A stretch of DNA of 64,000 nt, taken from positions 2,464,001-2,528,000 of the forward strand of contig CAWIAD010000001.1 of the NCBI GenBank assembly GCA_963833985.1, written 5' to 3'. The notes beneath the pieces are model-generated. The model had not been told where the DNA came from and ran no database searches. It saw nothing but the letters and a program-made list of their open reading frames with translations. The DNA is from an uncultured Planctomycetaceae bacterium (GTDB lineage Bacteria > Planctomycetota > Planctomycetia > Isosphaerales > Isosphaeraceae). Positions 40,963-52,971 of this stretch are shown piece by piece. Position 1 is the first letter of the stretch. The number at the start of each line of letters is the position of its first letter. Position numbers and translations under genes: made by a program.

Positions 40963-41192
40963 TCCGACCCGTTGCAGGAGATCGAGCGCATGGAATGAAC
41001 CAAGCCACGAACGTTCCCCGCACCAGTCGACCGGGCGGAAACGTCTCTGAGATAATGCCCCGCTTTAAGCTGTTGCTTTCGCTGCTTTGTTTGGCATAAT
41101 GGTTGACTCTCAGCCACTTCGACCGTTGAGGAGGGCCTGACCGACGCTGGCAGGCGCACGAGCATGGATGTGAGAGAAAGGGTTGCTTTTCC

Positions 41193-41711
41193 ATGGCTCA
41201 ACACCATTTATACGCGTCGTGCCGGGCCGCCGTGGGGGATGCTCTCGGGCTTCATCTGCGGCTTGCTGGCAGGGTTGTGACGCTGGCCCAAAGCTTCCAG
41301 TCTTACGTCGTGGTCTCCCGCGCGGGCAAAAGCGCCAACGGCAGGGGCATCCTGAGCTTGCTGTGTCTTGCCGCCGGGCATGGGACGGTCCTGACCATTG
41401 AAGCGGCCGGCTGTGACGCCGAGGAGGCCGCGACTGCTTTGGCCCGGTTGATCTCGACCCGAGACGAGCAAGGTGTTGCCCAGCCCGAGCAACAATCGCA
41501 GTGCAAGCCGGAAACATTCTCCTGCGCGTTCGAGGGGCGAGAAGGCACCGGCCCCGAAAACCGGGAGCGGCCGCAAGCAGGTCGATCCCCCGGGTCGGAC
41601 CCCAGCTGGGATTCGTGGCGCCGCGGATCCGTCAGTCCCCAGCGCGACCGGCGCGTGAAGACGGGCAACTGGAGGGTGCTGGGACGACGGCAGTCGCGCA
41701 CATCGACATGA
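41193..41711 (+). CDS. HPr-family phosphocarrier with a C-terminal tail
   Basis: LGLHLR, ANGRGILSLLCLAAGHG, AAGCDAEEA. Confidence 0.7.
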   Translation: MAQHHLYASCRAAVGDALGLHLRLAGRVVTLAQSFQSYVVVSRAGKSANGRGILSLLCLAAGHGTVLTIEAAGCDAEEAATALARLISTRDEQGVAQPEQQSQCKPETFSCAFEGREGTGPENRERPQAGRSPGSDPSWDSWRRGSVSPQRDRRVKTGNWRVLGRRQSRTST

Positions 41712-41922
41712 ACCGGTCCGCGCTCCGCTGTAAGCCAAAGTTGCAAAGTCGCTCGGACGCGCAGCCCGCCTTGACCGGTAGGCTCACCGAACGTAGACTC
41801 CGCGGCTGGACCTCGGGGCAGTTCGCGAATTGATGAAAGCGCGAGGATGCCTTTCGGGTCGCCCAGGGTTCGCTTCGAGCGGCCCGGCGCACGCCGCGGA
41901 GATGGTGCGCCCTGGACCAGGG

Positions 41923-42648
41923 ATGGTATTCATGGAACTTTCGGTTCCTCCTCGTTGCTCACTCCCGGTCCGGGCCTGGAATGCGTTTTGCAGCCGGGGC
42001 CCGCGCTATGCGTGGCACAAGACGCTGCGCCGCAGCCTTGGCCGCTGGCCCTCTTGGAAGCGGCGATGGGTTTACGGCAATCCACGGCGCTACTGGACCT
42101 TGCGCGGGGGAGACGATTACTTCCTGGAACAGGAAGGCCAGGCGTCGCGAACGCTGCGCGCGGAGTGGCTCGCGTGGCGTCTGGCGGCCTATCGTCCGCA
42201 GTCGGTTCTGGAGGTGGGATGCGGCTACGGCAAGCTGCTGCGGGCGCTGCGGCGGAACCTCGATGTCCCGCTTGTGGGTCTGGATTTCAGCAGCACACAG
42301 CTCGAGCACGCCCGGCGGTTTCTTGGCGATCTCGACGGCATCCAGGTGATTCTCGGCTGCGGCGAGCAACTGCCATTTGCGGACGGGGCGTTCGACATGG
42401 TGGTCACCTCGGCGGTCATCTTGCACAACCCGCCGCCGGCCGCCGAGCAGATTCGCCGTGAAATTCTCCGCGTGGCGCGGCGGTTCGCCGCCCACAACGA
42501 GGAGACCAGCAGCAGCTACAACCGCTACGGCTACGACACCGCGGACTGGTATCGCAGCCAGGGGATTTCCCTGGCCGAAGTGGGACCGATTCCCATGGAT
42601 CCTGACCCGGTCACGTCCCAGTTCTGCGTGGCCGTGCTCTCCCCATAA
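41923..42648 (+). CDS. Class I SAM methyltransferase (start approximate)
   Basis: VLEVGCGYG, GLDFS, LPFADGAFD. Confidence 0.85.
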   Translation: MVFMELSVPPRCSLPVRAWNAFCSRGPRYAWHKTLRRSLGRWPSWKRRWVYGNPRRYWTLRGGDDYFLEQEGQASRTLRAEWLAWRLAAYRPQSVLEVGCGYGKLLRALRRNLDVPLVGLDFSSTQLEHARRFLGDLDGIQVILGCGEQLPFADGAFDMVVTSAVILHNPPPAAEQIRREILRVARRFAAHNEETSSSYNRYGYDTADWYRSQGISLAEVGPIPMDPDPVTSQFCVAVLSP

Positions 42649-42671
42649 CCCAACTCTCAGGCGAGACCCGC

Positions 42672-44568
42672 ATGCTCGATCTTGCACTGGCCGTCTTCCT
42701 GGCGCTGATCGCGGCCGGTATCGGCAAGCGCCTGCTGAGCTGGCTCGGCGAGCTTCCCGGCCATCCGCTCGACGCGCTGGCCCTGGCTGCCCCGCTGGGT
42801 CTGGGGCTTCTGGCCCTGTGTGAGCTGCTGCTGGGTCAGTGCGGCTGGCTGAACCTGGTGGGCCTGGCGGTGCTCCTGGCGGTGGCGACCGAACTGGGCC
42901 TGCTGGCAGGCGTGCGCCTGCTTGGCGCGCTGGCCGGCACGCGTAAAGGGTACCCGCAAGAGGGATCTTCACCACTCCCGGCGATTGATCGGGTGATGCT
43001 CGTTTTCCTGGCTCTCACACTGGCCGCGACGGCGATGGCGGCGATGGCTCCGGTCACCGATGGTGACGCACTCTGCTATCACCTTCAAGTGCCCAAGGTC
43101 TTCCTGGTGCGCCAGGCTGTCTATTTCGACCCGGACCTGCACGAGACGGTCTATCCGCTGGTGACCGAACTGCTCTACGCGATGGCCCTGGAATTCCGCG
43201 GGCCGGTGGCCTGCCGCTGTCTCCAGTGGGTGCTCGGCCTGGTATTCGCCGCCGGCGTGGCCGCGCTGGCCCGTCCCACGCTGGGACGCCGGGCGTGGTG
43301 GGCCGCGACCCTGGCCCTGCTCGTCCCGGCCATCAGCAACGGTATGGCCGCGCCGCTCAATGACGTCTCGCTGGCGGCGTTCGGCGTGGCGGCGCTGCTG
43401 GCCTGGACGCGGTTTGTCGAACGGCCGTCCCGCGCGTCGCTGCTGGTGGCGGGAACGTTCATGGGTCTGGCCCTGGGTGTCAAGTACCCGGCGCTGGTGC
43501 TGGCCGGGATGCTCACAGCCGCCACGCTCTTGCGCCGCTCTACGACCCGGGCTGGCGCACCCGGCGCGGGGTGGTCCGGCGCTTGCGGCAGGTACGGGCT
43601 TCCTGGCGGCCGCCTTGCTGGTGGGCGGCGTCTGGTATCTGAGGGCCTACGTCTCCACGGGCAATCCGGTGTATCCCTTCTTCAGAAGCACGTTTGGCGG
43701 CGCCGGGCTGGATGAGGTGCTGGCACCCATCAAACGTCCGCTGTCGCCTGGCGTCTGGAAGCTGCTGGGCGCGATCGTGCCGCTGACGCTCGAGCCCGAC
43801 CGATTTGATAGCTTCGCGCACCAGTTCGGGCCATGCTTCCTGCTCTTCTTGCCGGCACTCTTGATGGAGCGTGCTCCCCGGCGTGTGCTCGGCCTGGCGG
43901 GTATTGGCTACGCCTTCCTGGTCCTGTGCATGACGCAGCGCCAGAGCATGCGGTTCCTGCTCTTCGCGGTCGGGCCAATGTCGGTAGGGATCGCCTACCT
44001 GGCCACACGCTGGTCTCAGCGACGGACGCGGCCGGCGTGGGTCCTGATGATGGCGCTCATGCTCGTTCTGGGCATGGAGACAGGTCTTTCGCTGACGCGT
44101 GGCTGCCGCGCCGCGGCGGTGGTGCTCGGCCGGGAGAGCTTCGCCGAGTTCCTCCGCCGCAAGGAGCCCACCTTCCGGGTAGGGCGCTGGATCGCCCGCA
44201 ACCTGCCTGAGTCGGCACGGGTGATCGGGCAGGATCACCGCGGGTTCTACATCCCCCGCGGCTACACCATGGAACTGGCCCACAGGCGGCGGACAGGGCT
44301 AGGCCAGAACCACGAGAGTTCGGGGCAGGTTGTGGACGAGCTCAAGAAAGAGGGGTACACGCATCTGATGATGTGCCCGCCGGTGGAGAAAGACTCCGTC
44401 GAGTTCGACCCCACTCTGGGCCATTTGCTCTCGCCCTGGCTGGCCGGCCACACTCCGCTGTACCACGAAGACCTGGCCGACCCCGACGGAGTCGTCCGGA
44501 GGTATGCCATTTACGGTCTTTCCGACGAGACCGCGACCGTCCCGGATCCGGAGAAGGTACGGCGATGA
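42672..44568 (+). CDS. Polytopic membrane protein, GT-C/ArnT-like (frameshift near 43540)
   Basis: DGDALCYHLQVPK, many TMs, KY motif, WYLR...TGNPVYPF. Confidence 0.65.
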
Positions 44569-44635
44569 GCCCGCGCTGGCGGATCCTGCCCGTGCGGGAG
44601 CCATTCAATGCCGACGAGGGCAGGGGCGGTGGGAA

Positions 44636-45563
44636 ATGAGCCCGCGGCAGCCAACGCTCGGGGAACTGCGCGGTCGTCCAGAAACAGAGGCACCGCGAGA
44701 TCGGCAACTGGCTGGCGCGCCGCATCGGGCGGCCGACGGCCGTCTACGGCACCTGGTTGGCCGTGCGGCTTGGGCTTTCGGCTCACCAGGTCACGGCGGC
44801 CGCGCTGGCGGCGAGCCTGGCGGGAGCTGCGGCCATCGCCACAGGCAGTCGGGGCGGCTTCATCGCGGGGGTCACCCTGGCGCACCTGGGCTTCTGGCTG
44901 GACCACGTGGACGGCCAGGTGGCGCGATGGCGCGGCACCGTCTCCCTGGACGGCGTCTACTTCGATTACGTGATGCATCACGTGGTCAACCTGGCGCTGG
45001 GCTTCGCTCTGGGTTTCGGCCTGGCCAGCCGGTCTGGCCAGCCGCTCTGGGCCGTCGCCGGGTTCGCGACCGCGGTTGGCTGGGCGATCCTGAGCTTGCA
45101 CAATGACTGCCGGTACAAGGCCGTCTTTCAAAGGCTCAAGAGCAGCCAGCAGCGGTACATCGTTGCCGGCGGCAGTGGCGGAAGGCCCGCGCCGCCGGCC
45201 CCGTGGCCGAAGCAGGGGTCAGGGATGCTGAGCTGGCCGCTCTACAAGCTGTGCGAGCCCCATGCGGTGCTCGCGGGGCTCACGGCACTCGCCCTGCTGG
45301 CGCCCTGTGCGGAGTCGCTCTGGGAGACATGCTGGCGCGGCGCCGCGCTGGGGATGGCCCTACTCGCACCCGTGCTCGGGGCTGCGAGGGTGGTCCGTTC
45401 CATCCGGCGAGGGTCCGCCGAGGCAGAGTTCTCCGCGTGGTTCCGCCTCTGCGGTGAAGAGGCACGAGGCACGCCTACCGGGTGGTTTCCCACCCACCCC
45501 CTGGACAGCCGCACTGCCGGCGTTGTATCACCAAGCGAGGCGTGCGATCCCTCCGCGGCCTGA
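44636..45563 (+). CDS. CDP-alcohol phosphatidyltransferase family (frameshift near 44680)
   Basis: LDHVDGQVARWRGTVSLDGVYFD signature. Confidence 0.8.
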
Positions 45564-45602
45564 GGGCTGCGCCGATTCCAGAAGTCTCGTGGGGACTTGA
45601 CG

Positions 45603-46709
45603 ATGCCGGGAGCCGAGCTGGACAGCCAGGCGCACCTGCCATCCTGGCCATCCCATCGTGCGCCGGGTATCGGCGTGGTGGGCGCGGGGTTCATCGTGCG
45701 TGATTGCCACCTGGTGGCGTACCAGCAAGCGGGGTTCCACGTCCTGGGAATCACCTCGCGCAGCCAGGAGCGAGCTCACGAGGTGGCCCGCGAGCGCGGA
45801 GTTCCGCGCGTCTACCCGTCGCTGGAGGCCATGCTCGAGGAGCCGGCGATCGAGGTCGTGGACATCGCGGTGCCACCGGCCGAGCAGCCGGCCGTGATCC
45901 GCCGCGTGCTGGCGGCACCGGGTCGGGTGCGCGGCATCCTGGCGCAGAAGCCGCTGGCACTCACGCTCCAGGACGCGCGGCTGCTGGTGAACGAGTGTGC
46001 CGTGGCCGGCGTGCGGCTCCAGGTCAACCAGAACATGCGCTACGACCATTCCGTCCGGGCGCTCAGGCACCTGCTGGACCGCGGAGTGCTCGGCCAGCCG
46101 GTGCTGGCCACCATCGAGATGAGGGCGGTCCCGCACTGGATGCCGTGGGCGCGTGAGGGCCGCTCGCTCTCCACCTTCATCATGAGCATCCACCATCTGG
46201 ACACGTTCCGCTACTGGCTCGGTGATCCGCTCCGCGTGCTGGCGAGCACGGGCCGGGACCCCAGGACCGAGTTCGCGCACGTGGACGGCATCAATCTCAC
46301 CATCCTGGAGTACGACTCGGGAGCCCGGGCCTCGAGCTGGGACGACGTCTGGTGTGGCCCGATCCAGGAAGGTGCCGCCGCCGACATCGGTATCCGCTGG
46401 CGGTTCGAGGGCACGGACGGACTGGCTCTGGGGACGATCGGCTGGCCCGGCTGGCCCCGGCACGTTCCCAGCACGCTGGACTACTCGACGCGGCAAGACG
46501 ACGGGCTCTGGCACAGTCCCCGATGGACCGAGTCATGGTTTCCCGACGCCTTCGCGGGGACCATGGCCGGGCTGCTCTGTGCCCTTGAGGAGAATGCGGA
46601 ACCCGACATCTCGGGACGCGACAACCTTGGCACCATGGCCCTGTGCGAGGCCGTCTTCACTGCCGCGACGGAACACCGCATGGTACGATTCGACGAGTTT
46701 CGCCCATAA
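45603..46709 (+). CDS. Gfo/Idh/MocA oxidoreductase
   Basis: GVVGAGFI, QKPLA, VNQNMRY, IHHLD. Confidence 0.88.
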   Translation: MPGAELDSQAHLPSWPSHRAPGIGVVGAGFIVRDCHLVAYQQAGFHVLGITSRSQERAHEVARERGVPRVYPSLEAMLEEPAIEVVDIAVPPAEQPAVIRRVLAAPGRVRGILAQKPLALTLQDARLLVNECAVAGVRLQVNQNMRYDHSVRALRHLLDRGVLGQPVLATIEMRAVPHWMPWAREGRSLSTFIMSIHHLDTFRYWLGDPLRVLASTGRDPRTEFAHVDGINLTILEYDSGARASSWDDVWCGPIQEGAAADIGIRWRFEGTDGLALGTIGWPGWPRHVPSTLDYSTRQDDGLWHSPRWTESWFPDAFAGTMAGLLCALEENAEPDISGRDNLGTMALCEAVFTAATEHRMVRFDEFRP

Positions 46710-46876
46710 TAGGACTGGGGTTCCGGCCGGGTGGGCATTGGATATGCCCGGCGCGTACGATGGCCGGGCAATTCCGTCCGGGTCGATCGGGGCAACCGCA
46801 AATCGGCAGCGCTCTGGAATACGCATCCTGCCGGGAAGGCCTGCGGGCTGGCCCCGGCGCACTAACGGAAGCATTC

Positions 46877-48526
46877 GTGCTCTTAACTCCTGGTCATCCA
46901 CTTATCGCCGCCATCCTTCCGCTCTCCGCTGTCGCGGTCGGAAGTTCGATCTGGCAGCCGCTGATGTTGATCGGGCTGCTGGTGATCATGAGCGGCTCCG
47001 GTATAGCGCTCTGGCGGCTGCGAAAGCGTCATAGCGACCTGTCGATCGATCTGGAAGCGGTGGCCGCCGAGCGCCGCCGGGCCGTGAAGGCCCTGCGTGA
47101 GACCGAGGTTTTTTACCATTCCCTGGTGGAGACCCTGCCGCAGAATATCCTGCGCAAGGACCTTGACGGCAAGTTTACCTTCGCGAACCAGCGGTTCTGT
47201 CATGACCTGGGGCGGAAGCTCGAGGACATCCTGGGCAAGACCGATTTCGACTTCGCGCCCCGCGAGCTGGCGGAGAAATACCGCCGCGACGATCGCTGGG
47301 TCATCGACAGCGGCCAGGTGCTCGATGTCGTCGAGGAGCACGTCACCCCGCAGGGCGAAACCCTGTACGTCCAGGTGATGAAGACCCCGCTCCTCTCGCA
47401 TGATGGCAAGCCCATCGGCATCCAGGGCATCTTCTGGGATGTGACGGCGCGGATCCGCGCCGAGCAGCAGCTCAAGGAGCAGAATTTGATGCTCCAGGAG
47501 CTGGCCGACTCGGAGCGGAAGGCTCACGAAGCGCTCAAGAACACCCAGAGCCGGCTGGTGCAGACGGAAAAGATGGCCAGCCTCGGGAACCTCGTGGCGG
47601 GCGTCGCACACGAGATCAACAATCCGCTGTCGTTCGTGAGCAACAACGTGGCCGTACTGGAGCGCGATCTCGGCGACCTGCTGCGGCTGGTCGAGCTCTA
47701 TCGCCGGGCCGATGGCGAACTTCATAAGGTGCACCCAGAACTCATGTCCGGCATCAAGGACCTGGGCGACCGGATCGACCTGGAATACAGTCTGTCGAAT
47801 ATGCCCAGGCTCATCGAACGGACCCGTGAGGGCTTGCGGCGCATCGAGCGCATCGTCAAGGAGCTGCGGCTCTTCGCCCGCGTGGACGAGGGCGAATGGA
47901 ACGAGGTCGACCTCAATCCGGGCATCGAGTCGTCGATCAACATGGTCAAGGGCTACGCCCGCAAGCGCGGGGTGCGCATCGTGATGGACCTGGGCGCCCT
48001 GCCCACCATCCGCTGCCGTGCCGCCAGGATCCACCAGGTCATCGTCAACCTGCTCACCAACGCCATCGACGCCTGCGCGGCGGAGACCGGCGTGGTCACC
48101 GTGCACACCGAGACCGAACCCGAGATCATGGGCGTGCGCATCGACATCCAGGACAATGGCTGCGGAATCTCCGAGGCGATCCGCGAGCGCATCTTCGACC
48201 CGTTCTTCACGACCAAGCCGGTGGGCCAGGGGACCGGCCTCGGTCTGAGCATCAGCTACGGCATCATCGAGGAGCACAACGGGCGGATCGAGGTTCAGTC
48301 CGCGCCGGGAACCGGTGCGCGGTTCACCATCCATCTGCCCATCGAACCCCGGCGCAAGAGCCACGTTGAGCCCGAACAAGCTCGCGGTGAGCAGGACGAA
48401 GCGGACGTAGAGTTGGACGCGCAGGTTGACGGCGCACCGGCGTCTCCGGCGGTTCCCGAGCCAGCGGTCGCCGCGCCCGGATTGCCCGCACCGCAGACCG
48501 CACCCTCCGGAGAACGGGCGACATGA
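46877..48526 (+). CDS. PAS-domain sensor histidine kinase (start approximate)
   Basis: TM, PAS, AHEINNP, NLLTNA, DNGCG, PFFTTK, GTGLGL. Confidence 0.92.
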   Translation: MLLTPGHPLIAAILPLSAVAVGSSIWQPLMLIGLLVIMSGSGIALWRLRKRHSDLSIDLEAVAAERRRAVKALRETEVFYHSLVETLPQNILRKDLDGKFTFANQRFCHDLGRKLEDILGKTDFDFAPRELAEKYRRDDRWVIDSGQVLDVVEEHVTPQGETLYVQVMKTPLLSHDGKPIGIQGIFWDVTARIRAEQQLKEQNLMLQELADSERKAHEALKNTQSRLVQTEKMASLGNLVAGVAHEINNPLSFVSNNVAVLERDLGDLLRLVELYRRADGELHKVHPELMSGIKDLGDRIDLEYSLSNMPRLIERTREGLRRIERIVKELRLFARVDEGEWNEVDLNPGIESSINMVKGYARKRGVRIVMDLGALPTIRCRAARIHQVIVNLLTNAIDACAAETGVVTVHTETEPEIMGVRIDIQDNGCGISEAIRERIFDPFFTTKPVGQGTGLGLSISYGIIEEHNGRIEVQSAPGTGARFTIHLPIEPRRKSHVEPEQARGEQDEADVELDAQVDGAPASPAVPEPAVAAPGLPAPQTAPSGERAT

Positions 48527-49346
48527 AGCTGGGACTGATCAACTCGGCCTGGGTCCAGTCCGGCCGGGATACCGCCTACGGCATCGCCAGGACTCGCGAG
48601 CTGGGCTTTGACGCCATTGACATCTTCGCCGACCCGCTCGATATCGACGCCCAGGAGCGCTCGCTCATCCGCACCGCGTGCCAGGCCGCCGGCCTGCCAA
48701 TCATCAGCGTCGCCTGCGTGGCCGTCGGTCTCATCGATTTTAACCCCAGCGTGCAGCAGTTCCACGTCGGCCGTGTGAATGCCTACCTGGAGATGGCCCA
48801 CGAGTTCCAGGCCAGGAATCTACTGCTGGTGCTGGGCGAATACATCTGGCAGAAGGAAGTGATCCCCGCGGAGCAGCAGTGGGCCACCGCTGTGCGGCAC
48901 GTCCGGGCCGTGGGCGACCGTGCCCGCGCTCTGGGACTGGAGATTGCGCTGGAGCTGGAACCCTTCACGCTCTCGCTTCTGAACGACGTCCCCAGCATGC
49001 TGCGGTTCCTCGACGAGGTCGGTCACCCGGCGGTGATGGCCAATCTCGATATCTCGCACCTGGCGCTGGCCCGTCAGGATCCGTCGTCGATCGATTCCCT
49101 GCGCGGTCGTGTGGCGCACGTGCACATCTCGGACTGCGACGGCAAGGTGCATGGCGACCTGCCGCCTGGCAGGGGAGTGGTTGACTTCCCGCCCTATCTG
49201 GAAGCGATCCAGCGTCTGGGTATCGATGACCGGACGATCTCGGTGGAGCTGGAATACTCACCGGACCCCGAGCACATCGTCGAGTGGGTGGCCGAGGCGT
49301 ATGAGCAGACCGCCGCGCTCGATGCGCAGCCGGTTTGCGGCCATGA
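48523..49346 (+). CDS. Sugar phosphate isomerase/epimerase (3' end approximate; probable frameshift)
   Basis: ALELEP, NLDISH, HVHISD, H..LPPGRG, SVELE. Confidence 0.8.
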
Positions 49347-51072
49347 GCTCCCCCTGGCCTCGTCTTGGCGCCGCCTGCCTGTTGACGGCGTTATGGCTCC
49401 TGGTCGGTTGGCCGCTCGGGGCCACGGTCCTGGAGGCGACCCGGGCACCGGCGCGGCTAACCGCGGCGCTCTCCGACGCCGGGCTGGAAGACTGGGCCGG
49501 ATGGGTCCGGCGTACCTGGAACATCGAGCCGGAACCAGCCTCCGGCAGCGTGCTCGATCCGGCCGCGACCGCCAGCTTGCTCCGCCCGGATCGAAGCCTG
49601 AGCCGGCCGGCACGGCTGGCGCTGGAGACGCTCACCCTTGTGCTCATCACCGAGGCCCTGGCGCTGCCGCCGGGAATCTTGCTGGCCCTGATACTCTTTC
49701 GCACGGATGCCCGGGGCAGGGGGCTGCTGCTGGGAACTCTCGCCATCGCACTCTTCGTGCCGCTGCCGTTGCACGCGACGGCGTGGCTGGGCGCGTTCGG
49801 TAACGCGGGCCGGATGCAGGCCTTCGGGCTCCAGCCCATTCTCGTGGGACGCCTGGGCGCGGCCGTCGTGCATGCGCTGGCGGCGTTGCCCTGGATTGTC
49901 TTCCTCGTGGGGCTGGGACTGCGCACCGTCGAGCCGGAGCTGGAGCAATCCGCCACACTGGAGCTCCCCCCGTGGCGAGTGGCCTTCCAGGTCACGTTGC
50001 GCCGCTCCGCCGGGGCGATCGCCGCGGCCGCGGTGGCCGTCGCGGTGCTCACGGCGGGCGACATGACCGTGACCGACCTCTTGCAGGTACGTACCTACGC
50101 CGAGGAAGCCTACGTCCAGTTCACGCTCGGCCGGGGCCCCGCCGACGCGGCCGTGGTGTCAGTGCCTCCACTCCTGGTTCTCGGCGGCGCCATCCTCTGG
50201 ATCGCCCGCTCGCTGGGCCGGGCGGACCCGGCACGGCTGGCTTCGGCCTTCACGCACGCCCGGCTCTGGGAGCTGGGACGCTGGCGAACGAGAGTGGGCC
50301 TGGCGCTGCTCTTTCTCGTCGGCAACCTCGCGGCCTTGCCCCTCTATAGCCTGGTCTGGCGCGCCGGCCGCGTCGGCGGGCGGGCGCGCGCCGGACTGCC
50401 GCCCATATGGTCGCCTGGCGGACTGTGGGGCACGCTCGGCTTCGCCGCTTCCGAGTGTCTGGAGCCCATCCAGAATAGCCTGGTCCTGGCCGCCTGCGCC
50501 GCGACGATTGTGACCGCGCTCGCCTGGGGACTGGCCTGGATGAGCCGCAACTCCGTCTTCTGGAAGGTCACGTTGCTGGGCACCCTCGCCCTGACTCTGG
50601 CCGCACCCGGTCCGGTCGCCGGCATGGCGCTGGACTCGCTTACCGCTGGTTTCCCGGCATTTACGACTCGCCAGAGATCGTGATCATGGCCCAGGCCGTC
50701 CGCACTCTTCCGTACGCGATCCTCATTCTCTGGCCCGCTCTGCGCGTGCTGCCGACCGAGCTGCTCGAATCCGCCGTGCTGGACGGCCACGGCCCGGCCG
50801 GGCTGGTGTGGTCTGTGGCCTTGCCGCTCTCGTGGCGAGCCATCCTCGCCGCCTGGTGCGTCACCTTCGTGCTTGGCTTCGGCGAGCTGCCGGCCACGAA
50901 CCTGCTTCAGCCCCCCGGCGTGACGACCATCACCTTCCGCATCTGGACCCTGTTGCACACGGGCGTGGAAAGCCACCTGGCCGGAGTCGCCCTGGTCACC
51001 TTGAGCGTCCTGGCCATCGCGGCGATTGGACCGGTCATCGGCCTGAGACTTCTCCTGGCGCCTGGGCGCTGA
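49343..51072 (+). CDS. ABC transporter permease, Fe3+/thiamine-type (frameshift near 50640)
   Basis: Two EAA-like loops (ELEQSATLE, ELLESAVLDG); many TMs. Confidence 0.75.
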
Positions 51073-51123
51073 GCGGCGCCGCGCCTTTTCCAGCGGGGTC
51101 GGTGAGACGAGTGGAATCCCGCG

Positions 51124-52641
51124 TCACGCTGCCGCGGTGCTCGCCGGGTTGGACAGGGTGTCGAGCACGTTCTGGGCCGTGGTCTCGGCGGCGCGGATGC
51201 AGTCCGGAATGCCGACGCCGTCGAACGCGATGCCGGTGAGAAAGAGCCGCGGGTAACGGACGAGCTTGCGGCGGATCGCCTCCACGCGCTCCAGGTGGCC
51301 AAGAACATACTGGGGCATTGCCCGCGCGTGGCGAGCGATCTGGAACAGGAGCGGGTCGCCCTGCACGCCAATCAGGGAGGAAAGTTCCTGAGTGACCAGG
51401 TCGCGGATCGCAGCATCGTCCAGATCGAACAACTCGGGCTGCGTCGCGCCCCCGATGAAGACTCGCAAGAGCACCGTGCCGGCCGGCGCTCGATCCGGGA
51501 ACTTGACGCTGGAAAACGAGGCCGCCAGGATCGAGCGGTTCTCGATGGCCGGCACGACGACGCCGAATCCGTCGAGCGGGTGCTGCACCTGGTCGCGGCG
51601 ATAGGCCACGCTGGTGATGACCGACGAGGCATACGGAATGGCCCGGAGCTGGAGCGCCAGGGCCGGGTCCTCGGAGTCGATCATCCGTGCTGTCGCGTGC
51701 GCCTCGGTGGTCATGATGACCGCATCGGCCTCCAGCGGCGGGCCGTCCAAAAGCTCAACCAGCCAGGGCGACACGGCTCCGTTGCGGGTGATCCGGCGCA
51801 CGGGGCAATTCGTGCGCACGGTTCCCGGCGGCAGGGCGGACGCGAGGGTGCGCGGCAAGGTGTCCATGCCATCGGCCAGGGTGACGAACATCCCGTAACG
51901 GGCCCCCGATGCCTGGAGTTCGAGCGCGTGGGCGGACCGGTCCTGCGCTCGCTGATGCCTGGCTGCGCGGATCAGACTGCCGTGCTCGCGCTCCATCGCC
52001 TGGAACTGCGGAAGCGTCGCCTTCATGCTCAGGTCGTTGGGGTCGCCCGTGTAGATGCCGCCCACCAGAGGCTGGACCAGACGATCAAGCGCCTCGCGTC
52101 CCAGCCGGCGACGTACGAACGCGGCGAGGCTCTCCTCGTTGTCGTCATCGCGGCGTGGAACCACTAGGTCGAGCAACACCCGCAGCTTGCCGCGCCAGGA
52201 GAGCACGGGGGTGGTCAAAATGGGCACGAGGCGGTGCGGGGCCATGAGCACGAAGCCCTCGGGTACCGGCACCAGTTGCCCTTTGCGGACCACGAACGAG
52301 CGGCGATGACTGGGGTCGGTCTCTCTGAGCTGCTCGCCCAGGCCCAGCCGCTTGCAGAGATCAATACCCCAGGGCTTGTTGGTGATGAACGAGTCGGGAC
52401 CACCCTCGAGTGTGAACCCGCCCGAGCGCTCGGTCCAGATCACGCCGCCCACGCGGTCTTTCGCCTCCAGCACCACCACCTCGACCGCCCGCCGTTCGGC
52501 CGTCGCCAGCTCGGAGATGCGATGCGCCAGGGCGAGCCCGGAAAGTCCGCCGCCGACAACCACCACGCGATCGGCTGTCCTGGAGCTCGCATTGCGCTCG
52601 ACCAAGTTGCCTATCTCCTTGCGCACAGGCCGATTCCTCAC
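51124..52641 (-). CDS. hemG: Protoporphyrinogen/coproporphyrinogen oxidase (HemY type; start approximate)
   Basis: VVGGGLSGL, EGGPDSF, GGIYTGD, MPQY..GH, GVGIPDC. Confidence 0.92.
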   Translation of the reverse strand: MRNRPVRKEIGNLVERNASSRTADRVVVVGGGLSGLALAHRISELATAERRAVEVVVLEAKDRVGGVIWTERSGGFTLEGGPDSFITNKPWGIDLCKRLGLGEQLRETDPSHRRSFVVRKGQLVPVPEGFVLMAPHRLVPILTTPVLSWRGKLRVLLDLVVPRRDDDNEESLAAFVRRRLGREALDRLVQPLVGGIYTGDPNDLSMKATLPQFQAMEREHGSLIRAARHQRAQDRSAHALELQASGARYGMFVTLADGMDTLPRTLASALPPGTVRTNCPVRRITRNGAVSPWLVELLDGPPLEADAVIMTTEAHATARMIDSEDPALALQLRAIPYASSVITSVAYRRDQVQHPLDGFGVVVPAIENRSILAASFSSVKFPDRAPAGTVLLRVFIGGATQPELFDLDDAAIRDLVTQELSSLIGVQGDPLLFQIARHARAMPQYVLGHLERVEAIRRKLVRYPRLFLTGIAFDGVGIPDCIRAAETTAQNVLDTLSNPASTAAA

Positions 52642-52971
52642 AGGCGTAGCTGCTCAGGGCTCTCGGAAGTCGTCGTCACGGATGCGTTCCATCTGGCTAG
52701 CATTTCTCTTCCGTAAAATCAATGCTACCCGTAACTTCACCCGGGTGATCCAAGATAAACTTCCATGTCGCCGGTTCCGCACAATATGATCAGTGCATGC
52801 AGAATGCCAGCCCAGTCGACCCAGTCATTCTAACAGTCTGCCAAAGCGCTTGCCATCACCGCAGAATAAAGCAAGCGTCACATGAGACGTCTCGACCCGG
52901 CGTCGCCTGCGCGCCGGTTTGGACCGAGGCAGGATTTCGGTAGCGACGAACGGCGCTCAACCGAGCTCAGC

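Noticed and set aside
52642..52971. Missing hemH between hemE and hemG
   Set aside because: No remnant is visible and hem gene order varies; not informative
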